This document shows positions 45,691-64,000 of a stretch of DNA of 64,000 bases, one piece after another. Source of the DNA: Amoebidium appalachense (Eukaryota > Protista > Ichthyosporea). Made by a program: the position numbers and the translations under genes. Each line of letters begins with the position of its first letter. Positions within the stretch are counted from its first letter, which is position 1. The notes beneath the pieces are model-generated. The model saw only the letters and a program-made list of their open reading frames with translations. It had not been told where the DNA came from and did no database searches. The DNA is taken from the NCBI GenBank assembly GCA_963693365.1, contig CAVNZM010000001.1:10504161-10568160 (forward strand), read 5' to 3'.

Positions 45691-46362
45691 TTCTTGTTTC
45701 TTGTCCCACCTTCCCCTCCCCACCGACGTATCTCCAGCTCCGGCGCCGGTTTTTCTGTCTTTTGTCACTGTACCCCTGGGCCACTGGGTCAATCCTTCCA
45801 GATTACTAGTTCGTAATAATATCAGGTGGGTTGCAAAACGAAAACGTTCTTGCAATGGGGTTTGGGAAGGCATTGCATGCCAATGGCAACAGGCTTCAAG
45901 GTGAGGCGGAGGATCCGTTGTGTGTGGGGGGGGAGGGGGAAGGATTGGGGGGAGGGGGGGGGGGGGGGGGGGGAGGGAGGGACGTGGGAAGACCTACAGA
46001 GACTCAGTTACTCTATCGTATTATAAAGTTTTAAGGTTTTTATGTTCTATCGCAGAAGCAATGAGCACTACAAAGGTTTAAGATTTTAATGTTCCATCGC
46101 AGGTACGCGTAACCGATTACTAATAGCGTTCTCTTTTAATGTTGCCCTACCAAACGTCCCACAATCACCTCCTCTGCCACCATTAAATGAACAGTCGGCA
46201 CACAGGTTTGAGATGTTTGGGTGGTGGCCCCTAGCTGCCTGTGAGCTTGCTTGGGTTGCAGCCATGCATGTTCGGAAACCCAGCACACGGTCACTTCTGC
46301 CCCTCAATGTGGTGCAAAGTGAATTGGAGGCCACCCATAGTTGTAGCTTAACTATTTTACCC

Positions 46363-46393
<31 letters not shown>

Positions 46394-46571
46394 AAAAAAA
46401 AAAAAGGAAAAAAAAAAGAAAAAAAGGAAAGAAAAAGGAAAAGGGGGAAAAAAAAAAGATTGGAGAACTTGAAAAGGTGAGACTGTGGAAGTCACTGTCA
46501 CGGCATGTACCTTTCTGCCAACACAACATGAGACTCGGTGTGTGTGTATTTATGTGTGCATGTGTGTGTCC

Positions 46572-46682
<111 letters not shown>

Positions 46683-46832
46683 TGTGTGCGTGCGTGTGTG
46701 TGTGCATACGCTGGGAGGGAGCAAACATTATCCGGGTGACTCTGGCAAAGGTGATGATCGTGATATTCCACGTTGGTATCACACAGTTTCGACATGATAA
46801 TGATTTTTATGCTTGCTTCTTCTTCTTCTTCC

Positions 46833-46964
<132 letters not shown>

Positions 46965-47134
46965 CTCCCTCTCTCTCTCTTCCTTGCTTGCTCTTTCTCT
47001 CTCTCTCTCATTCACTCGCTCACACCACTTACTCACGCACTCCGTGACTCTCTCTCTCTCTCTTCCACACTATGACTGTTACACACACACACACACTCTC
47101 TCTCCCCCCCCCCCCCCCCCCCCCCGCACACACC

Positions 47135-47197
<63 letters not shown>

Positions 47198-47759
47198 AGA
47201 CACACACACATGCACACATACTCTCTCTCTATCTCTCTTTCCCCTCTCCCCCCTTTTCCCCCAGTGAGCATAATGTTAGTTTCGATCGATGATCCGGCTC
47301 AACCCCCTTCCCCCCCCCCCCCCCCCCCCTGTATCACCCCCCTCCCCCTCCCCGCCCCCCCCCCCCCCTTCCGTACATATCCCCGAACCTTCCCCCCCCC
47401 CCCCCCCCCCCCCCCCCTCTCCCCTTCCCAATGACATGGAAATTCAGTCACAACTGATAGGGCCTGGGCATTCGATCCCGCGTGGCATTCGATGTGTTGC
47501 TACATGATTCTACAACCTCCCCCAAAACATGGACCTCAGGCGGCACGGCATCTGTAAGAGACATGTACATGCCTGAATGTGCTCTCTAATCACATCATTT
47601 TCAACGATTCAACTTGGTCCCACCACCACACCCCAAACGAACCAAGAGCAGAGCTTCGTGCAAGCTGCAGCACTATGGACTGGGCAACCATCGGGCCCAA
47701 GTGATCAATTGACAGCAATTCGCTTCCTTCAGTAAAATGTAGGCAGCCTCAGTTACATA

Positions 47760-47971
47760 CAGGGGTAGGCCGAATATGAGATTGCGTGGATTTCGGCCCT
47801 AGCCAGCTAGAATCTTAGCCCCAGACCCGGGCCCGTAGCCCACAAGGACAAGGAGAAAAATCTTAATTTTCATATGTGCCATGGGGGCTAAACAGCTAGA
47901 ATCTTAAATTTTTGAAAAAACCTAGCGCTAGAATCTTATTTACGGAAAATCTTATATTTAGCCCACCCCTA
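47760..47971. mobile_element. MITE-like element (~212 bp) with hAT-like termini
   Basis: Imperfect TIRs CAGGGGTAGGCCGAATATGAGATT and (reverse complement) TAGGGGTGGGCTAAATATAAGATT; internal GCTAGAATCTTA occurs three times; no TSD recognised. Confidence 0.6.
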
Positions 47972-49256
47972 GGCCTGTACTGTGGGAATTGTTCATTGGT
48001 CGTTAAACTTTACGATTTTGCCGACATCACACTACAACACTACTTGGCCGCTGACACTGAACCACACTCCCCCCCCCCCCCCCCCCCCCAGGGCCTCCCC
48101 CTTCCCTCCCCAACCCCCTCCCCCCACACGCACACATACAAAAAGGGGATAATAAGAATAAAGATAACACGCCTTCTTTCCTACCTGTTCCCCCTTCCCC
48201 AAGTGCCCAAATGCAACCAGAGTCACCGAGTGCATCAGTACATCAATGATCAGTAACTTAGCACGTTTCCACCTCTATGTATACTATGATCTTAGGCCAC
48301 GTGCACATAAGCCATGCTACATGGGAAGCACACATGTGCACATGTGATGCGGCCGTCAAACTCTTACCGTCAAGTATAATAATCACTGTTTTTATGGCCT
48401 TTCCAACACTGTGACAGTGGCTGCAAAACCAAAAGTTGTTATCTGGAACACATACAAAGTTGATTCGTTTCGGAGTGCATGTATTTAAGCTAGTACTGAA
48501 TATTCTTAATTCACACATTACTGTGCACCTGCCTGCAACATAGTCATGGCTCGTATCCCCCCCCCCCCCCCCCCCCCCCCCCCTTCTTTCCCCTTCCCCC
48601 CCCCCCCCCCCCCCCCCTCCCCCCCCCCCTTCCCCTCGACTTCACCATCGCCTTTTTCGTTCTTTTTTCCCACAATCATGAGACACAACTATATGTCCAT
48701 ACATGTGTGGCTGACGCCCGGTTAGGTCTGGTGACCAGCCCATTGATCAGTGTGCACCTTCAGGATTTTCATTATTCAGTATGGATGCAGAGTGCTGTGT
48801 AGCTCCGTCGGCCACTCGTGGCAAGCAACATGACGGTCACCCTCAACCATAATTGTAAATGAAAAAACCTCCTTGAGCATCTAACAGATTACCTTTGTCG
48901 TGAGGCTGCCACGTGCGACTGTCGCCTCAGCGCTAGCCGCCGTATGACTAAGTCTACTCTGGCGAGTTGGCGAATGATCAGTCGAGGGAAAAAGTTGTTA
49001 TCGGCCGAGAAAAATTGCAGCTACCGTAGCAGGTGGGCACTCGAGCTCGGCTAACGTAGAATGGTTCTATGGCAAAGCGAAGTGTGCCGCATGGAGAAAC
49101 AAAAATCTAATTTTTAACTCTTGTCATCCATTGGCCATCGTCTGATTGTACATATGATGTGGTCCAAACAGCACATGTACATGCCGGGCAAAATGGCTTA
49201 AGCCAGCAAAAATATTATGATATTACCACTCCCGGTTATGCACGACATACCAAGAC

Positions 49257-49300
<44 letters not shown>

Positions 49301-50122
49301 TTTTTTTGGTCGAAATCAGTCTGTTTAATGCGCAGCTGGCCAATCACAAAGCATCCATTTAGATCGTTTTTGGGCCCAACTCGACCCGGATACTCAAAAA
49401 ACCCCTTAAAGTTTGACACTACTTGAACACAACACACACTTCCCCGTGCTTTATTGATTTACACTTTTACTGCTGTAATCAATACCACCCCATTCATGCC
49501 GTTACACTCTCCGGTTAGCCATGTTAAACCTTATTTATATATAATAATAATAAAATAAATAAATAAAGTAAAACAAAAAAAAGAAAGAAAGAAAGAAAGA
49601 AAGAAAGAAAACGAAAAAATAATCCTAAACGGCCATCATTCAGTTCAGGATTGTCTTGTGCCTGCAGCCCCTTCGATACATGCATCGCTAGTGATACAAC
49701 TCTTACACAACATTCGGAAATCCCAAACCCAACCCAAACCAGCCGCTTTTCATATCAATAACACATCACGCGTCTTATCCCAGAACCCCAGCAACCTCAA
49801 CCCATGCTCATCACCATCCATCACACAAGATTAATACTTGACATGCATACTATTGAACAGCGGAATACACACGACGTTTCTTTTCTCCCCATTGCATGCG
49901 CTGACACATTCACTCACCATCCCCGCTTGATGTATAGACGTTGGCAAAGCACAACGGAGCGTTAATTTAACGTAAACACAGCCTTCATTTTGACGCTCGA
50001 CAATGATAACCGAAATCCACGACTGGCTTCACCTATATGTAGCGCAATCTCTTCTTTTAGGCATACGAGGATTGCCATATTAAGAAATTCTGGTGAAATG
50101 CCGCCGTACACATCCTTCAGTC

Positions 50123-57822
<7,700 letters not shown>

Positions 57823-58948
57823 AGCTACAGGCGGCCTGCCCGGCACACGCGCCTGGGGAGCTGCCAGGCCTGCACGCTGCATGTTCGCATAAAGGGCAAC
57901 GGGGGAGAGATAGGAGAGAGGGGGTGGGGGGAGAGAGCAGAGAGATGTGCAAAAGGCGAGAGGGACAGAGAGATTGAGACGGAGACACAGGGCGAGTGTG
58001 CAGAGAGACAGAGAGATTGGCGTAACTGAGAGTAAGAAAGATGGAAAGAGGAAGCCAGTAAATGCTAAATTACAGAGTTACACCAGAAATTACTTTCCCA
58101 GACCCATGTTCATCCTATGAGAGCTGAAAAGTGACCAGTTCATGATCAAGCTCTGTACATAGCTACTCTCCTCGCCGCTGCGGCGTCGATCCAGATCAGT
58201 CGGATCGATTGCGCAATCCCTATGGAGCGAGAACGGTGTGCGTGTGTACGTGGGTTTGGGGGGGGGGGGGGGGGGGGGAAGAGTAAGTGACAGTTGAGCA
58301 CGCCATGCAGCCATGCATACACATGGTACGGATAACACGAAAATTCGTTCCCAAAAACTAACAAAAAAAACAACGAAAAGGACACAAAAAGAACACGTTT
58401 CAAACTCAGCATTAGTAACCAATCTCCTTTCCCCGGAGAGAGCGGGGATGTCACGAGTCGGACGGGGGGGAGATGGGGGCTTAAGGGGTAGGGGCGTGGG
58501 AGGGGGAAGTAAGAGCTGCTGGAGAGAGGTAAAGCACTTCACCTCACGGCATGCGCAAGGCCCGCAACATCCTTACGGCTTTGACTTGGATCTAGATTTA
58601 GGCGAGATAAAACAGGGGAGTGAAGAGAGGCGGCAAAGAACTTCTGCATCTCTAGAGATCACGTATGTGAGACATCACAATGGATATGCCAGGAAGGTAT
58701 TCTCTCCATTTGTAGATACCTGGTGGTGCTGGGTTAAAGCAGATATTTACTGGCGGGACGGAATCTGAGCTCACTGAATTCGTTCAGCATTCTTACACGC
58801 CACAAGAGCCTTTGTTACACTTTTTTTTCTTTTTTTAAGGTTGCCACAGGCATACGAGGTACTACTAAATATGTGTACATCAGACCCTCCGCTCCTACTC
58901 ATTCAATGGTTTCTTCATACGGTAACTGTTTAAAACATCTTCATCTCG

Positions 58949-60581
58949 CTACTCGCTATAGCGATCATACCACTGCTGGTCCTCCCAGTATCGCCCATGA
59001 TCCCTTCCCTCGACACGGCCCAACCTCTCTGTTGCCTCCATGGCATCATAATCGTGACTAATATTAGCCCATTCCTCATACCTCGGGCTTGGCGTGACAC
59101 TGTGAGCAGCTACCATACGTTGATCTTTCCTCTGCCATGTTCCTACATCTCTTTTATAAAACGGCCGGCTCGTAAACGGCTCCACTGTGAAGGATGAAGT
59201 GCGATACCTGTAGTCATTCGTACTCTGTGAACGTGGGTGTGTTTTATCATCTATCACGATTCTAGGGTGGCCTCCCTCTCTACGGAAAACACCCGACGCC
59301 GGGGGTTGCACATTCAGTTCCTCTCTCGAGTAGTGGTAGGTGGGTGGCGTGTGTACGCCCTTTGAATAGTGAAGTGGCGGCCTGATTTCGTCATCGAGTC
59401 TGTTTTCGTTTTCGGGCGGAATCGTTTCATAATACACAGACCTGTCCGGGTGGTCACTCCACAGCTTGGTATCGTGTTCGTAAATTTGGTTGTTACCCAC
59501 ACCCCAATCTGGCTCTTCCTGGAGCCAACTACCTGCCATTTCTGCAGACCGGGAAGCAATGGTCGGGACGGGATGCCGGGATCCGGACTGGCTCGGGTAT
59601 GACGGATAGTCGGAGTAGAGGGGTCCGGATCCACGACCCCGGCTGTGTGTGTCTGTGTGCATGTGTGAGCCGAAGGGAAGGCTGTAACTGTGCTCGTAGT
59701 TTTCTCGCGGGCTGGCGCTTTGCGTTGGTGACTTGCACATGTTTGGCAGGCTGAGGGACCGAACGGGTGGGCCGGGGTGTGGCCTCCTCTCCTGTGCGTG
59801 TGTGTTTGTCGCACTGCTAGGTAGAGGGCATGTTGCCTGTGTTGCGTGCATGTCCGCCTGTGCACTTGATTCATCAAATCCTGGACGCCAAAAGGCCACT
59901 TCGGGGGAGAGTCTCTGCTGATTGAAACTCAGCGGAGAGGTCACTGATTGTGTGTTGGGTGAGCGACTTGAGGAAGAGCTTGTGCTCAAAAGGGGCAGAT
60001 CATCGTGGCTCGACGGCTCTCGGACCGGCTTTGGCCGGCGTGGCGCTGTGCGGACGATGCGGGGGTTGGAGGGAAGAAGGTGTCTGTCACGGTGCTTTCG
60101 CCGGAGATGGTTGCGGAGGGACGCATCACTCGAGTAGCGACCTATATGGGAGGGCAGGACTGAGTGCTTAGATGACAGTAGGTGGGAACATGAAAACAAA
60201 ATCTCCTTACCAAATATAGAAAATGGAAAGAGAGGGCTAAATCTAGAGGAACCTAGAGATTTATTTAAACGTTTGCACGAAAAAATGTAGCGAATCAGCC
60301 TTTCACATAGAAATTGGAAAACAGGGGGCTAAATCCAGAGGAATCTAGGGAATTATTCTTTATGAATGCAGTGTAACTGCTCTGGCGGGGTGTTGGATCC
60401 CGGTGTTTCAGCTGGTACAATTAAAGAGGACTAGGGAAAACTTGCACACACCTTGGCAGCCTGGCTCCGGGCAGGGGATCGTGCCTTCTTCCTTGGGGCC
60501 GTCAAAGTCCAGCACGTGAAAGCGCTTTGGTCTGTGCGTGTCTGTCTCCTGGCCCCCCGAACTACCCAAACGTTCCATCAT
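58949..60581 (-). CDS. Single C2H2 zinc-finger protein with a long S/P/R-rich low-complexity tail, 2 exons, ~440 aa
   Basis: Exon 60452-60581 (..IPCPEPGCQ) joins exon 58949-60141 (GRYSSDASLRNHLRRKH..) across a GT-AG intron, rebuilding C-x4-C-x12-H-x4-H. Exon 2 is a 1.19-kb open frame in non-repetitive DNA. Further 3' exons are possible. Confidence 0.8.
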
Positions 60582-60817
60582 GACAAATAACATGGACCAC
60601 GTGAAAAGAAACCACAGCTGGCTGGGAGCATGGACAACCGCTGCGGCAGGAGCATTGAAAAAGTCAATGCGCTCTAATATTACCACTGGACGTTAATCTT
60701 TTAAGAAATTTAGATCTAAACAAGAGTCTGCAGCTGTGTTGGAAACAGAAGTCAGAATACTCGAAGGTTATTTGTAAACTTAGACAGTTGGAATATACTA
60801 CCACAACTACATATGTG

Positions 60818-60875
<58 letters not shown>

Positions 60876-63009
60876 ACAGTACCAGGTGGTCAGTGCGTGA
60901 CTTCCTATGATAATGCCACCAAGGCTTTGGGCTGGGTGCCGCTTGTTGTCGTCGGTTCTAGTTTGTTTACATCAGCAAGTGATGATTGCCGTTTTCACCT
61001 GGTATGACACTGGGTCGTGACTCAAACAAAGTTCATGGATGCCAAATGACTGGCAGAAAAGTGATAACCTTGCTATTTTATACCGGCCCAAAGACCTATT
61101 TTGATTGGTGCAATGATCTCCTTGCTTAGCCCGGGAAGATTGAATCCGCCAAGATTCTTTAAATTTCAGTGACGCCTCTGGTCACCGACATTTTTGGTTG
61201 ATTGTTTTTACTTCGCCCGTCATGGCCAATTGTCGTAGCATTGGCCATCACTATATCGTCTTTATTTTTGGCTCGGGCACAAAAAAAAATTATAAAACAG
61301 TGTGTATATTCCAGCAAATAAAGGTGTTACGAGTGCTTACTTCATCCACGTGGACGTGGACTGCCAGCGGTGACGCCATCCGCACGAGTCTCCTATAGTT
61401 CACGGTAACTTGAAGTTTGAAGCCTATGTAAACCCAAAATCTGTCTTCGCAAAAGTGTTCCAAGTTCTTTTGTGTTTGCGGCTTGGCGGGGCAAGTTTTC
61501 CACCAATGACCTGTAGCCGTAAAAAATGTTAATAGGAAAACGCCCTGCACATATTATGGCCACGGTGTAACACATTTGCATATGCCTCTTACCAGAACAA
61601 TAGTTGCACTCCCTGTTGCCAAGGTTGCCTTCTTGTGCATAAAAAAAACATTCGGACAATAGAAACTCGTACACGAACTACGCAAGATCACTAACAGACC
61701 AATCAACTGTGAGGAAAACATACAACCATATTTTTTTCAGAACTTCCGGCGGAATGCTGAGCTGACGCGCGTGGCCGGTGAATGGCACGTATTGCGTAAA
61801 AATCGTAGCCTCTGCAAAGATAGAAATCTTTTTTCTATTTATCTACTGGCATCGTCCAAAATTTACTCAATTCATCAAGAGTCAATAATCACAAATGATA
61901 CATTATGCTCACTGCTCAGCCTCGGCTACTGTGCGTGCTCGCGATCATCTGGATCAGCTGGGCTGTGAAATTAAGGGGTTTGGGCCAGAAAATTGCCCCT
62001 GAAAGTCCGAAAATTGTCCCTAACTTTTCGAGGTTAGGTCCATCGATTTATGAAAAATTAGCCCTAACAGGGCAAAACATAATAGAAAAGTGGCACCTAA
62101 AAACGGTCGTTGGCTCTACTAGGACCATCCAGGCTGGTGGAGAGCTGCCAAAATGGCACTAGCCAAAAACAAATTTCATACCCTGATCTGGATTGTGAAC
62201 GAACCAATCATCAACCGCGTACGCACCTGGTACGCACACATGCCGACAAATGATTCCCGGACTGACGGAAAGTGGAAAAGCGGGCATGGCGCAATTCAGC
62301 TTGCCGATATGGTGATCACCCTGTTTTGTGTTTACAGTAATATCTGTATAATATACTTTATATTTATTCTTGTATATACAACAAGTGTTACAATGTATGT
62401 TCATGTCAATTGGTCAAAGTCGTGGAGTCTACATATACTGTAAAAGGGAGTCTACTATTATTGTTTGCGATTGTCCATATATGGTGCGTGATAATATATC
62501 CGATAATATTCACAAGTTCGTACATGGCGCAATAGCCGTTTATACACGCCATGGTAATAAAGTTGAATTTTTTTTTTTCGAATATCTACACTAGCAGTAG
62601 CAATGTAAACAATCTACTAAATATTCCGCAAAAACTGCATCTATGCAATCCCAGTCATTTCTCCATCTCACAGAACAGGATGCTCTAGTGACCAATCATT
62701 TTTATGGGCTTTTGGTTACTAAGGCATCTACAGATTACAAACAACACGTGCATAGGACGCGTGCGACTATTCACATCCAGGGTGTGCAATCTCTCTGAGA
62801 AGAGATGATGTAGAGAGTAGACTCTTACATATGCAAAGAAGAGCTGCACATTTCAGGTGGCCTTGTCCGTTTTACATTTTTTTTATCTTCTTTCCACACC
62901 CCCCCCCGCCCCCCCCGCCCCCCCTCTCCCCACTCCCCCCCCGCCACACACATACACACACACAAACACACGCGCGTGCGCGCACACACACGCACACACA
63001 CACGCACAC

Positions 63010-63041
<32 letters not shown>

Positions 63042-63225
63042 GCGCACACACACACACACAACCATGGCCACCCGCCCGTGGGCCTACCCCCACCGCCCCG
63101 GAGGATGGGCACTGCTTATTTTTATGATCTCTCTCTCGAGCTCCCTCCCTCCCTCCCTCCCTCCCTCCCTCCCCCCTCCCTCCCTGTCATCTTCCCATGA
63201 TTAACGGCAAGACTTAGAAGTTGAC

Positions 63226-63312
63226 TGGAAGCGTGCTGGGCCCATAACCTGTTGTTTTGTACGGGTCTAAGGGAGCAGAGTGCACAGAGGTGTCATGTAA
63301 AACACGACTAAC
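63226..63312 (-). mobile_element. Fragment of the same Copia family as 3023-3915: 24-nt tRNA-iMet match plus LTR edge
   Basis: TGGAAGCGTGCTGGGCCCATAACC (63226-63249) is followed by TGTTGTTTTGTACGGGT..GCAGAGTGCACAGA, similar to the sequence from 3233 onward. Confidence 0.7.
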
Positions 63313-63469
63313 ACATTAATGAGAGGGCAATCGGAGTGGCATGTGCACGTGCTGGCGGTGCGCCTGCGTGCGAGTGTGTGTGTGTTACCTAGACTCGGAG
63401 GGAAAGAAGGAGGGATGGAGGGAGAAACGGAGAGAGAGAGGGAAAGAGAGAGAGGGGGAGGGAGAGAGT

Positions 63470-63501
<32 letters not shown>

Positions 63502-63535
63502 AAGGGAGAGAGAGAGAGAGACAGACTCTGTGTGT

Positions 63536-63641
<106 letters not shown>

Positions 63642-63811
63642 GGAGGGAGGGAGAGAGAGAGAGAGAGAGTGAGTGAGAGAGGAAAGGAGCTCGAGAGAGG
63701 GGGGGGGGGGGGAGCTAGAGAGAGAGAGAGAGCTAAATTGAGAGAGGGAGGGCAGAGAGAGGGGGGGGAGCCTCTGTGAAAGAGACAGAGAGAGAGAGGG
63801 GGGGGGAGGGG

Positions 63812-63898
<87 letters not shown>

Positions 63899-63916
63899 AG
63901 AGAGAGAGAGAGAGTC

Positions 63917-63961
<45 letters not shown>

Positions 63962-63983
63962 AGGGAGGGAGGGAGGGAGGGAG

Positions 63984-64000
63984 TGTTATTTTGTGTGGGT
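63984..64000 (-). mobile_element. Probable edge of another LTR of the 3233 family, running off the window
   Basis: TGTTATTTTGTGTGGGT versus TGTTGTTTTGTGTGGGT at 3233 (16/17 identical); only 17 bp are visible. Confidence 0.5.

Noticed and set aside
49639-49662. Alternative last exon of MED18 (PHKTILN*)
   Set aside because: The nearer exon 50123-50177 (PLAELGSVEL...) fits the Med18 C-terminus better.
61198-62594. Several 65-96-aa ORFs in non-repetitive DNA
   Set aside because: No recognisable motifs or consistent exon structure, so a gene call cannot be supported.

Overview
Eukaryotic, repeat-rich genomic window; the copied tRNA-iMet fragment looks animal/holozoan-like, but that is inference. 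It is saturated with (CA/TG)n, (GA/TC)n and poly-G/C tracts, which produce most of the ORF track. The left half is a transposon cluster. It holds a tandem TRIM array (1-1528), a deleted Copia relic carrying a complete 39-nt copy of the tRNA-iMet 5' half (3194-3232), a solo LTR with TSD (6778-7702) and a 5'-truncated APE-type LINE (8243-~11160). It also holds a pogo-like TIR element (15342-24368, TA TSD) whose zinc-finger/HTH ORF is interrupted by a young full-length Ty1/Copia element (16312-23065, TTTGT TSD), plus several minisatellites. The right half has an 8-exon Mediator subunit 18 (MED18/SRB5) gene on the minus strand (50123-57822), a 2-exon single-C2H2-finger gene (58949-60581), and an older tandem segmental duplication (34.3-39.4 kb vs 45.7-57.9 kb) that left a truncated MED18 pseudogene. 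The most notable observations are the whole half-tRNA primer capture, the intron-containing two-ORF pogo-like element, and MED18 3' splice sites built on (CA)n tracts. Two of those acceptors read CG instead of AG, and an antisense copy of exon 3 lies in the next intron. All alignments were done by eye; no database searches were run.
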